A DNA stretch of 64,000 nucleotides from a virus. The stretch covers positions 6,513 through 70,512 of the IMG/VR virus record IMGVR_UViG_3300037189_013673; one strand, 5' to 3'. A model generated the notes under the pieces. That model had not been told where the DNA came from, did not search any database, and worked only from the letters and a program-made list of their open reading frames with translations. Both the position numbers and the translations under genes were made by a program. Shown here one piece after another: positions 36,427 through 46,570 of this stretch. Positions within the stretch are counted from its first letter, which is position 1. Each line of letters starts with the position of its first letter.

Positions 36427-36636
36427 TTATTTTGGTAATATTATGTTAATATCTGGTGGTTGTGGTAAAGAATCTAATGGTTCAACTTTATTTTGAGTTG
36501 TATCACTAAAAATTATTTTTCCACTTACTGGCTTTTCATAAGGATTTTCTTTTCTAGGTCTACCATTTTTACTTGTAAAATATAAATATGCTAATCCAAT
36601 TCCAGCTAATGTCAATATGATAGTTCCTGTTTTCAT
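36427..36636 (-). CDS. Small N-terminal TM protein
   Basis: IILTLAGIGLAYLYF. Confidence 0.7.
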   Translation of the reverse strand: MKTGTIILTLAGIGLAYLYFTSKNGRPRKENPYEKPVSGKIIFSDTTQNKVEPLDSLPQPPDINIILPK

Positions 36637-36637
36637 A

Positions 36638-36880
36638 TTAAATTACTTCTTTTTGCATATTGACTAACGAACTTGAAATTTCACGTTTAGGACTAACAAT
36701 TGGTGTTGGTTTTGGTGCCGTTGTAACTTCTGGAGTGGTTGTTGTAGCTGGTGTACTTGCAAGTGCTTCTGCTCTTGCTTTTATCATAGCTTTTCTATTT
36801 TGGTCATAAAAATAATAACCTAATGCTCCTACGATTAATATACCTACTAATACTCTTTTGTCTTTTAAATAATTTTTCAT
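36638..36880 (-). CDS. Small N-terminal TM, Pro/Thr-rich protein
   Basis: VLVGILIVGALGYYFY. Confidence 0.7.
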   Translation of the reverse strand: MKNYLKDKRVLVGILIVGALGYYFYDQNRKAMIKARAEALASTPATTTTPEVTTAPKPTPIVSPKREISSSLVNMQKEVI

Positions 36881-36890
36881 TTTATATTTT

Positions 36891-37043
36891 TTAAATATTA
36901 TTAATTTGATTTTGTGCTTCTTCTGAACTTACTGTTTTTGCATCTATTACTGATAAATGTAATTTACTATATATTAAATAAGTTACATAACCTAAAGCTA
37001 ATACGCTAGCTCCTATTATTGTATATCTTAATGGTTTATTCAT
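36891..37043 (-). CDS. 50-aa TM microprotein (not in ORF track)
   Basis: MNKPLRYTIIGASVLALGYVTYLIYSK... Confidence 0.6.
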   Translation of the reverse strand: MNKPLRYTIIGASVLALGYVTYLIYSKLHLSVIDAKTVSSEEAQNQINNI

Positions 37044-37047
37044 AATT

Positions 37048-37602
37048 TTATTTTTTAATTCTACCAAAAGGCAATAATTTACGAACTCTATTTATATTTC
37101 CTTGAATGTTGCTTAAATATTTTGTAGGAGTTGATAAAGGGTCATAACCTGCTTTTATAATACCTTTGATTTGTTGTTCAGGAGAAGTTGTTGTATCTCT
37201 AGCGGTTTTATATCTATCTCCTAATAAGACATCAATATGTCCTTTAATACCAGCATCTGCTGTAGGCCATTTTGCCCATTTAACTCCATTTCCTCCTGTC
37301 CAAGAATCAGGATGAACATTAGGATTATATTTCACTCCAGCAAAGTTATTTCCATTAACTGCTTGATTACTTCTACCATATCCACTTTCATACATGGATT
37401 GAGCAATTACTCCATTATAGAATAAATTAGTTCCTTTAATATACTTTTCAAATATTAATCCGTATTTACCAATAAAATATCTAACTTTAGTATCTGCATC
37501 AACATAAGCATCAAATGTTGCTTTTGGTAAACCATCCAAATAAGTTACCAAATCTGGAGTTTTCATTGCTTTAAATTCTGCTTGTGTTTTTACTGTTGCC
37601 AT
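37048..37602 (-). CDS. GH73-like glucosaminidase/muramidase
   Basis: IAQS..ESGYG.S ... NNFAGVK ... AGY...Y. Confidence 0.8.
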   Translation of the reverse strand: MATVKTQAEFKAMKTPDLVTYLDGLPKATFDAYVDADTKVRYFIGKYGLIFEKYIKGTNLFYNGVIAQSMYESGYGRSNQAVNGNNFAGVKYNPNVHPDSWTGGNGVKWAKWPTADAGIKGHIDVLLGDRYKTARDTTTSPEQQIKGIIKAGYDPLSTPTKYLSNIQGNINRVRKLLPFGRIKK

Positions 37603-37604
37603 AA

Positions 37605-37937
37605 TTACATTTTTTTGTATTTGTTACCTAATGCTTTTTTCAAGTTAGCATCATGTTCATCTACTTTTCCAGCTAAATTATCAAACTCTTCTCCAGTTAC
37701 TTGGTCATCTAATTTTTTGATAGCTTTTCTATAATAGTATATTCCATAAAAACCTACTCCAATTATAATAACGCTTATTAAAATGTCTTTCCAGTTCATT
37801 TTACCACTAGTCATACTATCTATTGCTCCACCTTCAGCCATTTGCGGTGCAGGTGCTGGAGTTGGCGCTGCTACTGGTGCAACTACTGGTGCTGCCGCAA
37901 CTTCTGGTGTTGCTGTTCCTGGTGCATTCGTATCCAT
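37605..37937 (-). CDS. TM protein with Pro/Ala-rich N-terminus ending in MAEGG
   Basis: Low-complexity leader, MAEGG, TM helix. Confidence 0.75.
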   Translation of the reverse strand: MDTNAPGTATPEVAAAPVVAPVAAPTPAPAPQMAEGGAIDSMTSGKMNWKDILISVIIIGVGFYGIYYYRKAIKKLDDQVTGEEFDNLAGKVDEHDANLKKALGNKYKKM

Positions 37938-38351
37938 TTATTTCTTTTTTAAATTAATTAATAATAGTGCTAATCCTAAAACACCAGCTAAACCAGCATA
38001 AACGATTTTATGTTGATTAAAATTTTCCTTTACATTGTTAATAGTTGTCTTGGCTTTATTAGAAACTGGCCTTGTAAAAGATAATAAAATATCTTCTAAT
38101 GGTTGAGCTGTATCTAATAATTTTATTTTTTTATCTTGTAAATCTTTAGCTTCAAAAATTTGTGTTTGAAAACCTTGATAGCTTATTTTAAATTTAGAAT
38201 TTGGTTCAATTGAATCATTTTCTAATTCAAAATCACCTTTAGCATTTGCTATGGTTCCCATTTTATTAGCTAATTTACCAGTTGTTATAGTGATATTAGC
38301 TAATTGTAATGGTTCATTATTTGAATCTACTATGTTTCCATTTATTTTCAT
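37938..38351 (-). CDS. Carboxypeptidase-regulatory-like domain protein with C-terminal TM
   Basis: G.IVDSNNEPL..ANI ... G.F.L ... ISY.GF. Confidence 0.75.
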   Translation of the reverse strand: MKINGNIVDSNNEPLQLANITITTGKLANKMGTIANAKGDFELENDSIEPNSKFKISYQGFQTQIFEAKDLQDKKIKLLDTAQPLEDILLSFTRPVSNKAKTTINNVKENFNQHKIVYAGLAGVLGLALLLINLKKK

Positions 38352-38539
38352 ACAGAACCACCTTTAATTCTTTGAATAGTATACCAGTTTACAATAGCTC
38401 CTAAAGTAAATGAAATAATTCCAACTACTACAAAAACTGTTGATAAATGTTGATGTATCTGAGAATTTACTTCTTGTTTTACTTTAGCGTCTTCTTTACT
38501 AATTTCTTCTTGCATAATAATATTTATATATAAAAGCAC
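38348..38539 (-). CDS. Small TM protein
   Basis: VFVVVGIISFTLGAIVNWY; start uncertain. Confidence 0.65.
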   Translation of the reverse strand: MLLYINIIMQEEISKEDAKVKQEVNSQIHQHLSTVFVVVGIISFTLGAIVNWYTIQRIKGGSV

Positions 38540-39185
38540 CTATTACAATAATTGTTACTGCAGTAATGCCTATTTTTGCTTGTTTTGATATTGCATAAGG
38601 TTTATTTAAAATATAAAATTGATTTAATCTATTTAACCAACCTTTTAAATTTCTAGGCTGGTTTAAATCTTTATATTTAGTTGCTCTAAAATTATTTAAT
38701 TTCTCAAATAAATCTGGAGTTTTACCTTCATCATCTAATTTATTTACAAAATTAACCATATCGGTCATACTTGTAAGGTCTTTATTATAATTGGTTTTAA
38801 AAAACTTTCTTAAAAATGGTAATGTTCCACTATAACCATCAATATTTCCTAAACCACTTCCCCAAGTCATTTCTACAAATGTATTGGCTATTGCTTGATT
38901 ATTAATTCTATCACCTTGAATAGAATCCCAAAATCCAACTTTATAAACTTTATTCCAAATGCTATCCGGCATATTTAAAAATCCACTGCAATTAGCAACA
39001 TAACCGCCTTTTGAAGCTAAGTTTTTAAATGTAATCCATTGAATACCTTTATTAGTATGATATGGGTTTCCATCTTTGCCGTTTCCACAATTAGAAGGGT
39101 TTTTACTAGCAGTATCTGTTTTAGCGCTTGATAATCCACCTTCTGATTTTTTTATGAACGGAATTAAATTCTTATAATCTGCCAT
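38499..39185 (-). CDS. GH108-like lysozyme with C-terminal TM anchor
   Basis: EGG, TNKGI, Y...FWD, KGWLNRL; IGITAVTIIVIGAFIY. Confidence 0.8.
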   Translation of the reverse strand: MADYKNLIPFIKKSEGGLSSAKTDTASKNPSNCGNGKDGNPYHTNKGIQWITFKNLASKGGYVANCSGFLNMPDSIWNKVYKVGFWDSIQGDRINNQAIANTFVEMTWGSGLGNIDGYSGTLPFLRKFFKTNYNKDLTSMTDMVNFVNKLDDEGKTPDLFEKLNNFRATKYKDLNQPRNLKGWLNRLNQFYILNKPYAISKQAKIGITAVTIIVIGAFIYKYYYARRN

Positions 39186-39479
39186 TTACCAAAGTATTTT
39201 ATCTGCATAATATCCAGGGCTTGATAAAACATGCCTATCTTTTTTATGTCTTTCTTTATATAGCTTTCTTCTTTTATTAGCATATCCTTTATCATAATAA
39301 CCTTTCTTTTCTTTTTCAAGATAAGTAGGGTAATCATTCATTCCTCTTGCACCGATTGAAGCTACTTTTTTACCATTTTTAAAAACATCAATTTTTTTAA
39401 GGATATTAGAGGATGGTTTTATAACCACCCCTAATTCCTTTGCCTTTCTAAAGCTATATGGTAAAATCTTATAAGCCAT
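39186..39479 (-). CDS. Small basic protein (DUF5754-like)
   Basis: S...KK.DV, GA.GM.DY, R..Y..RH, SPG.Y...ILW. Confidence 0.65.
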   Translation of the reverse strand: MAYKILPYSFRKAKELGVVIKPSSNILKKIDVFKNGKKVASIGARGMNDYPTYLEKEKKGYYDKGYANKRRKLYKERHKKDRHVLSSPGYYADKILW

Positions 39480-39488
39480 AAAATTTAA

Positions 39489-39734
39489 TTATCTAGAAAG
39501 CTTACCACCATAAGGACAAGGATTATCTCCATATCCACCGGTATATATTGTTGTACTACCGTCAGAGTTTTTTCTTTTACATACAGAAGTATTTCCAGAT
39601 AAATTAGAATAACCACTCATATTTGAAGAATCACTTGATGAGCTTTTCTTTTTATTAGCTGCGATTAATGATAAAGTTATCGGTATTGCCAAAACAACTA
39701 ATGCTCCGTAAATTAAAAAATTTTTGTTTTTCAT
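39489..39734 (-). CDS. Small N-terminal TM protein with NMSGYSNLSG motif and Cys pair
   Basis: Motif shared with ORFs 27724/28272. Confidence 0.7.
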   Translation of the reverse strand: MKNKNFLIYGALVVLAIPITLSLIAANKKKSSSSDSSNMSGYSNLSGNTSVCKRKNSDGSTTIYTGGYGDNPCPYGGKLSR

Positions 39735-39758
39735 TTTGATTTTTTTTAAATGTCATTA

Positions 39759-40166
39759 CTACCTATTATTTTTAAAGTAGTTGATAGCCCCTAAACTTCC
39801 TACAAGAAGAACACCTCCTATTATTAATCCTAAAACGCCAAAACTTTCTTTTTCTTCAGGTTTTACAATTTCAACTTTAGGTTCTTCTGCTAGTTTTTTC
39901 GCAGCTTCAGCTTCTTTAGCTTTAGCATCATTTTCTTTTTTATTAACAAGAGTTTCTAGTTGTTCAATAATACTTGATTCAAGCCCATCGATGTAATCTT
40001 TAGATTCTTTTAAAGTACTTTGAGATTCTTCTGTTGGATTTTCTTCATGTTCAACAAAAGCATCGTCGTAACTATCTTTTAAAGTATCTAGTTTATCAAT
40101 CTTGTTACCTAAACTAGCTGGTATTTTTCCTTCTAATTTCTCTAATAATAAATCTATTTTTTCCAT
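39759..40166 (-). CDS. Acidic helical protein with C-terminal TM
   Basis: FGVLGLIIGGVLLVGSLG; TACATTTG promoter-like element at 40199-40206. Confidence 0.75.
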   Translation of the reverse strand: MEKIDLLLEKLEGKIPASLGNKIDKLDTLKDSYDDAFVEHEENPTEESQSTLKESKDYIDGLESSIIEQLETLVNKKENDAKAKEAEAAKKLAEEPKVEIVKPEEKESFGVLGLIIGGVLLVGSLGAINYFKNNR

Positions 40167-40249
40167 AATGTTTATATTTTTAAGTTTAATTAATTTTACA
40201 AATGTAATTAATTATTATTTACAATAACTATTTAATTATTTGATTTTTT

Positions 40250-42391
40250 TTATACTAATTTGTTTTTAGTAAATTTTGTAATATTATTATTTTTAATCCA
40301 TTCTTCAAAAAGTTCTTTATTCATAGTAGGTTCATCATATACTAAAATATATCCTTCAGATTTCCAAAAATTTAAAAAATCTACTATTTTATTCTTAAGT
40401 CCACAAGTAAGAGAATATGAATCACTAGGTGGTAAAACTCCTAAATCTAATCCTAATTGTGTTCTAACATATCTATTATTTTCTAGTTTAAATAACTTCG
40501 GATGGTGTTGTTCCATTGAATTTGCAATCTGTGCATGATATTCAATTTTATTAATAAATTCAAAAGAACAACTTTCAATATTTTTATTGTCTCTAGAATA
40601 AAGACTCCATAACACATATTTTACAGGTTTATCTAAATGTCCTCCATTGACCATTTTTTGATTTGTTTTTTTTATTTCAGCTGTTGCTCTTCTTAAAGCG
40701 TCATGCCAACTTTCACCTGGTTTACGTATTTTTTTAGCTAATTGCATTGCTCCACCTCTTTTATCATCGGTTTTATTTTTAGTAGTTTTAGTAGTTTTCT
40801 TTTCAACTTTACCACCTGGCATAAACGAAGTCATATCTACTTCTGATATATTAATTCTTTTTGGTACTGCTCCACTTCCTAATTTGTTTAAATTCATTAC
40901 CATTAAAGTATCTCCTGAATGGTCTAAAACTTGAACTATTTCTCCATTTTTAAGAGTTACTTGTTTATCATCTAAATCTGAAACTTTATTATTTGAAACG
41001 ATTGATTTTTTACCAAATAATCCACCAAATGCTTTTTTATCATAAGTAGCTTTCATTTTTCCAGCTATCTTATTTCCAACTTCTTTAGCTTCTTTTTTAT
41101 CATAACGTTTACCATAAGTTCTCTGGTACTTTGGTTCAACTTGCTTTCCTTCAAAATTTTTAGCTATAGCTTTTGATTTTCTAGCAAAGGTTATGTGTTC
41201 ACCACCTAAATTCATTTTATTTCTTAACATCTTAAAATCTTCAGTATCTAATTTACCATTTTTATTCATGTCAATTTTAGATTGATTACCTTTTAAAGCT
41301 CCGCCTCTTTTATAAACTGAATCCATAAAACCACCGTTATGATAACTTAACTTTTCTTCTTTCATTTTAATTTGATTTTGTAATTTTTCAATTTTTTCTT
41401 CAACTTCATTCATTTCACCACCATATCTATTAGCATCAGCATCAGACCAATCTTTACCTTTTTGGCCTGCTTCATAGTCCATTTCTTGAAATAAGTTTCT
41501 TAAGTCTCTTTGATAGCCTTTAAGTTCATATTTTAATTCACTTAAATCACTTTCCATATCTTCTCTTCTTTGACCTCTTATTCCTCTAGGTAAATTTGAT
41601 TTTATTCTATCTTTAATGAACATTACTCCATTTGATTGTAAAGTTTTTAAACCAAACATTCTTTTATCTGTAGTATAAATTATACCATCTTCTACTTTTG
41701 AAATATAATAATCTTTATTTCTATAATTAAAAGTAGCTCCTTTTACAGCTCCACCTCTTTCGTAAACATTATTCATAAAGCCACCATTTTCGTATTCAAA
41801 ATAAGTTTTATTTGCTATTTTAATTTCATTTCTTTTAATAAAATCAAAAACTTCATTTTTAGTATTATCAAAAAACATAGTAACTAAATTACCTTTTATT
41901 GAACCTAAAGGTTGACGATAAGACCAATATACAAAGTTTAAATTATTTGCTTTACTATCATTTCTAAGTAAATTTTTAACATCATCAAAATCTTGGTCTT
42001 TTGATAAAATCATTTCAACTTCATCATTATTTCTTAATCCACCACCATCTTCATATTTATCATTTACTTTAATACCAAATTTTTTCATTACTTGTTTTAA
42101 TTCTTGATAGTTATAATTTCTATCACCATAATTCCACCAAGTAGCATTATCACTTTTTGATGGATTTTGAATAGTACCTGAAGTTATATTAACATAAAAT
42201 TTATCATTTGTTTTTTCACTATCATAACCTTCTCCAATAGTTAAAAATCTTTTTGGATTATTTTTTGATTGTATTTTTAAAACATCAACTTCTTTAAACT
42301 TATCAACACCTATTAGTTTTTTAGTTTTATCTAGTTTAATGTCATTATCTTCTAAATCTTTTGATTTTGATAATTCTATTATGTTTTTCAT
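40250..42391 (-). CDS. Multi-domain protein punctuated by [YFM]xxGG motifs (candidate polyprotein)
   Basis: YEDGG, YENGG, YERGG, YHNGG, YKRGG, MNLGG, FMPGG, MVNGG; EF-hand-like DMNKNGKLDTED. Confidence 0.75.
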   Translation of the reverse strand: MKNIIELSKSKDLEDNDIKLDKTKKLIGVDKFKEVDVLKIQSKNNPKRFLTIGEGYDSEKTNDKFYVNITSGTIQNPSKSDNATWWNYGDRNYNYQELKQVMKKFGIKVNDKYEDGGGLRNNDEVEMILSKDQDFDDVKNLLRNDSKANNLNFVYWSYRQPLGSIKGNLVTMFFDNTKNEVFDFIKRNEIKIANKTYFEYENGGFMNNVYERGGAVKGATFNYRNKDYYISKVEDGIIYTTDKRMFGLKTLQSNGVMFIKDRIKSNLPRGIRGQRREDMESDLSELKYELKGYQRDLRNLFQEMDYEAGQKGKDWSDADANRYGGEMNEVEEKIEKLQNQIKMKEEKLSYHNGGFMDSVYKRGGALKGNQSKIDMNKNGKLDTEDFKMLRNKMNLGGEHITFARKSKAIAKNFEGKQVEPKYQRTYGKRYDKKEAKEVGNKIAGKMKATYDKKAFGGLFGKKSIVSNNKVSDLDDKQVTLKNGEIVQVLDHSGDTLMVMNLNKLGSGAVPKRINISEVDMTSFMPGGKVEKKTTKTTKNKTDDKRGGAMQLAKKIRKPGESWHDALRRATAEIKKTNQKMVNGGHLDKPVKYVLWSLYSRDNKNIESCSFEFINKIEYHAQIANSMEQHHPKLFKLENNRYVRTQLGLDLGVLPPSDSYSLTCGLKNKIVDFLNFWKSEGYILVYDEPTMNKELFEEWIKNNNITKFTKNKLV

Positions 42392-42397
42392 TTTATT

Positions 42398-43885
42398 TTA
42401 TTTAGGTTCCATTTTAGTTCTCATTCCTGTAGCTAAGTTAACAAATACTATTTTACCATTAGCATCTTTTACTTTTTGGTATTTTCCAAAAGATTTTACA
42501 ATAGTATCTCCTTCATCTAAACCATGTTGATATAAATTACCACCTTCATGGTATTTCATCATCCCACCTCTTTTGTAAACAGGTACATAAGCAGGAATAC
42601 CTTCATTAGCAAACATTTTAGCTGGATTCATTGTAGCATCTTTAATCAATTGTTGATTTGCAATCATTGCTCCAGATTCAGCGTAAACGCCATCCATTAA
42701 ACCACCATTATGATATTTAATAATATATTTATAAAGAGGTTCTTTTGAATTTACATTAATATAAACATCATTTTTATAATTTTTAATTTGATTTAAAACT
42801 TTTATTACTTCTTGTTTATTTTTTGGAAACCCAGGTACTTTATATTTACCAGCTTTTAAAAGCCATGAAGGTAAATTATCAGCAGATATATACATATCAA
42901 TATCATCAAGCATTTCTTGAATATCTTTGTTATTATATTCTATTTTTCCATTATAAGTTTCTACAATTATTTTTTTATTGCCAATTGTTGCACCTCTTTC
43001 GTAAACACCATCCATAAAGCCACCGTTTTCAAACAATTCTCCACTTGATAAAGCGTTAGTTTCTCCAACTAATCCAGTATAGTGTGTTCCTGTTTCTCCT
43101 GTGAAATTATTTGAAAAAACTCCACCTAAAGCAAATCTTTTTTCATCTTCATTCATATATTCAAAAGCGGCTGCATTATGCTTTTCAGCTATTTCTCTTG
43201 CGCTTTTTCTATTATATTTATAATCCATATCTTTAATTCTCATTTTATTATCATCAGATAAATCAATATCTTCTTCCATTCCATTAGAGTTACCTAGCAT
43301 CATACCATCTTCTGCATAAGCACCACTCATAAAATCTCCACCATTTTCTAGTTTTGGAAAACCTTTTGGGTAATTAGGTGCTAATCTATCTGTTCTATTA
43401 TCTCTATACTCGTAATAAACATTACCATTTTTAGAAACTCTTCTTCCTTTAGGTTTTGCTCTTCTTACAGAATCTCTAGGTAAATCAGTTCCACGTAAAC
43501 CTTCAAGTTCTTTATGGTTTTTAATAAAAGTTTTTAATTTTTCAATTTCACTTTTCATTATTTTAGTAGCGCTTTCACCATCTGCTTTCATTTGTTTTCT
43601 AGCTCTTACTAAAGCATCGTTCCAGCTTTCATCTGCTTTACGAATATCTTTAGCTAATCCCATTGCAGTTCTTTTAGGTGCTTTAGAAGTGGTTTTTAAA
43701 GCCTCTGGTGTTTTTTCTTTTAACTTAGAAATAATAGTATCTAGAGAAGTACTTATTTTAGCATTTAAGTCTTTATCTTTACTAGTAAAATTGTTTGTTT
43801 TATCTTTTATTTGAGATAAAATTCCTTTTTGAGCATCACTTAATTTAGTTTGGTCAATTTGATTAAATTTTTGTTTATTAGTCAT
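42398..43885 (-). CDS. Multi-domain protein punctuated by [YFL]xxGG motifs (candidate polyprotein)
   Basis: LENGG, FALGG, FENGG, YHNGG, YKRGG, YHEGG; shares AMxLAKxIRKxxESWxDALxRA with ORF 40250. Confidence 0.75.
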   Translation of the reverse strand: MTNKQKFNQIDQTKLSDAQKGILSQIKDKTNNFTSKDKDLNAKISTSLDTIISKLKEKTPEALKTTSKAPKRTAMGLAKDIRKADESWNDALVRARKQMKADGESATKIMKSEIEKLKTFIKNHKELEGLRGTDLPRDSVRRAKPKGRRVSKNGNVYYEYRDNRTDRLAPNYPKGFPKLENGGDFMSGAYAEDGMMLGNSNGMEEDIDLSDDNKMRIKDMDYKYNRKSAREIAEKHNAAAFEYMNEDEKRFALGGVFSNNFTGETGTHYTGLVGETNALSSGELFENGGFMDGVYERGATIGNKKIIVETYNGKIEYNNKDIQEMLDDIDMYISADNLPSWLLKAGKYKVPGFPKNKQEVIKVLNQIKNYKNDVYINVNSKEPLYKYIIKYHNGGLMDGVYAESGAMIANQQLIKDATMNPAKMFANEGIPAYVPVYKRGGMMKYHEGGNLYQHGLDEGDTIVKSFGKYQKVKDANGKIVFVNLATGMRTKMEPK

Positions 43886-43904
43886 AATTATAATTTTTTA
43901 GTTT

Positions 43905-44558
43905 TTAAAATGCATCATCTATATTATCTAAAAATGAAAATGCATCTTCTTCTTTTTTAGGTTCAGGTTTTACTATTGTTTTTCTTTCTACTTTTGGTTT
44001 TTCTATTATTATTTCTTCATTAATTATTTCTGGTTCATTATTTGATAATAAATTTACTTCTCTATTTTCTGAAGTACTAAATTCAGAATCTCCGCTTTTA
44101 TAATAAAAAGTAGTTTTTGATTTACTATCGAATACATAAATCAAATCAGAAAGTCCCATATCTTTATCTTCTTGAGATAATGGAAAAGTAAATCTATCGC
44201 CTCTTCTAAGATTTGATAACCTTGTAATTCTTTGTTTTCCATTAATAACAACAGTATTTGGTTCAACTACATTTATATCTTCAATTACTGGTTTTAAAAT
44301 TTCAACTTCTTTTTGTTTTTTAGTTCTTGTTTTAACCGCTTTGTTTGAGTCTAAATCATTTATATCAATTCCTATTAAAGATTCTTTTTCTAATTCATTT
44401 AGTATGCTTGCAATAAGAATCTGTTGTTCTTTTGGTATCTCGATAACTGGCAAAGCATCAAACGAATTTTCTAAATCTTTAATCATAAAAGGTCTCTCGT
44501 TTTTATCTGAATATGCTATTTTTATAAGCATATTTGATATTTCTTTTAAACTGCTCAT
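43905..44558 (-). CDS. Hypothetical protein
   Basis: 217-aa ORF. Confidence 0.75.
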   Translation of the reverse strand: MSSLKEISNMLIKIAYSDKNERPFMIKDLENSFDALPVIEIPKEQQILIASILNELEKESLIGIDINDLDSNKAVKTRTKKQKEVEILKPVIEDINVVEPNTVVINGKQRITRLSNLRRGDRFTFPLSQEDKDMGLSDLIYVFDSKSKTTFYYKSGDSEFSTSENREVNLLSNNEPEIINEEIIIEKPKVERKTIVKPEPKKEEDAFSFLDNIDDAF

Positions 44559-44884
44559 ACTAATATTATTTTACCATTAGCGTCTAAATCTATTTCTATT
44601 AAATTAGATTCAAATTCCAATCTTTGTTTTAAATTATCAAACTGCTCTACGCAATTCATTTTTGACCCATTTGGCTTTATACATTTAATATTAACTTCTG
44701 AGCTTATTCCATTATCTGGCTCTAAAGCATAAGAAGTATATTTTACATAAATATCGTTAGGAGTTAATAAATTATATAATAATTTTAAATCCTTTTTTTG
44801 TCTTTTATCATAAAAAGCATAACCACTTATGTAATCATGCATAGTCTGAATTTGTTCTTTAGTAATTTTTACATTATTTTTCAT
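44555..44884 (-). CDS. Hypothetical protein
   Basis: 109-aa ORF coupled to neighbours. Confidence 0.75.
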   Translation of the reverse strand: MKNNVKITKEQIQTMHDYISGYAFYDKRQKKDLKLLYNLLTPNDIYVKYTSYALEPDNGISSEVNIKCIKPNGSKMNCVEQFDNLKQRLEFESNLIEIDLDANGKIILV

Positions 44885-44885
44885 A

Positions 44886-46568
44886 TTATATACTATCTAA
44901 TGAATCATTTAATAAATTAACTTTTTGTTGAAAACTTTCTTCTTTTTTATTTTTTTGCTCCTTTGTATCTGAGTATTTACCTGAACCTACTAATTTATAT
45001 TTTTCAACTAGCATAGAAATTACATAAGTTCTAATTAAATCTTTAATTTTTTTAGTAGTATTAGGTATTTCAAATAATTTTTTAAAAGTAACATCATCAA
45101 TAAATCTTTTATAAATGCTTTTTATAAATTCTTGCATTGGTAGCATTTCAATAGCTAAAAAATCCATATAATAATAAAAAGTAAAAAATATTTCATGAAT
45201 ATTTTTAAAAATATCAGCATAGTCCATATCGCTATCTGCTTTACTTCTACTAGCAGTAGGTAAAGCAAATTGAAAATTATTATTAATTACTTTAGTATTA
45301 ATAAAGTCTTTTTCTTTATTTACTTCAGACCAGTTTTTATAACGTTGCATTATTTCATTCATATAATCTCTATGTTCATAATTTACATCAGTAAATGAAC
45401 TACTAGTATCACCTGTAGCATTTGCTTGAATACCTTCATTTTCTACAATAATTTTATGAAAAGCAAAAAACGAACTTGCCGTGTTTGATTTCGACAATAA
45501 AGCAAATATTCTATTAAAAGATAATTTTGTAGACTCTTCATAATCTTTAACAGGTATTGACACTGTAATTTGAGTATTTTTATCAGTACCTAGACGTAAA
45601 GCACTTAATCTTGATTGAATACCAAATTCTTCTAACGCAGCACAGATTAAATACGGAGGCCATAACATTATAGCTCTTGTAGAATCATTTACTGAAAGAA
45701 AATTAATAGGCATAAAAATATCTACATTTTTTACAGAATCATCTTTTTTATTGTAAATTAAATATGATTTTTTGTTACTAGAAGCATATTTTAATCTAAT
45801 ATCACCTTTGCCATTAAATACTTTATTTTGATTGTTTAAATAATAAGTTAATATTATGCCGTCTTCATTTGGTTTTAATAAACATTCATTTGAAAAATAA
45901 TTAAAAACTTTAGTTGCTCCTCTTTGTCTTTTTTGACAATCATAATCTTTTCCATTAATAGAATATTTAAAAAAAGTAAAATCTCCAATAATTCTTTTAT
46001 TGACATTATCAGGATTTATAACTCCAGGTTCTAATTTTACAAATTCAAATGGGTTTTTTAAAACTCCTTTTTTAATATCTTCTTTTAAAGCTTCTGAATA
46101 AAATTCAATAGGTCTATATAAACCTAAACTAGCTAATCCAAAATCAAAAACTCCTCTTTCATCTTCTGTAATTATTATTTTATCATTAGTGAATAAACCA
46201 CCTAAGTTAATAAGCGTTTTAATATTTTCTACTAAAACTTTACTTATTTCTTTTATTTTAGTAAAAGTAGAATCGTCTTGATTAATAAAATCTACATAAC
46301 TTTTAAAATTTCTAAATTCAACACCACTAACATTAGATAAAGCTGAAGATTCAACACTTGATTTAGTAGATTTTTTTCTGGTTATTTCTATTAAATCAAA
46401 AGCATCTTCTAAATTTTTATATTGTTTAAACACAAAACCATTTGTACTCATAGAATCATAGTTTCTCGTAGTGTTTTTTATAGTTGATAATGACCATTTT
46501 TGGACAAAATCAATAAATGGTAATTGTCCAGACTGTTTAATAACTTCAAATAAGTTGCTTAAATCCAT
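44886..46568 (-). CDS. Hypothetical protein, probable MoxR partner (VWA-like by position)
   Basis: Directly downstream of the AAA ATPase; no canonical DxSxS MIDAS motif seen. Confidence 0.5.
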   Translation of the reverse strand: MDLSNLFEVIKQSGQLPFIDFVQKWSLSTIKNTTRNYDSMSTNGFVFKQYKNLEDAFDLIEITRKKSTKSSVESSALSNVSGVEFRNFKSYVDFINQDDSTFTKIKEISKVLVENIKTLINLGGLFTNDKIIITEDERGVFDFGLASLGLYRPIEFYSEALKEDIKKGVLKNPFEFVKLEPGVINPDNVNKRIIGDFTFFKYSINGKDYDCQKRQRGATKVFNYFSNECLLKPNEDGIILTYYLNNQNKVFNGKGDIRLKYASSNKKSYLIYNKKDDSVKNVDIFMPINFLSVNDSTRAIMLWPPYLICAALEEFGIQSRLSALRLGTDKNTQITVSIPVKDYEESTKLSFNRIFALLSKSNTASSFFAFHKIIVENEGIQANATGDTSSSFTDVNYEHRDYMNEIMQRYKNWSEVNKEKDFINTKVINNNFQFALPTASRSKADSDMDYADIFKNIHEIFFTFYYYMDFLAIEMLPMQEFIKSIYKRFIDDVTFKKLFEIPNTTKKIKDLIRTYVISMLVEKYKLVGSGKYSDTKEQKNKKEESFQQKVNLLNDSLDSI

Positions 46569-46570
46569 GT

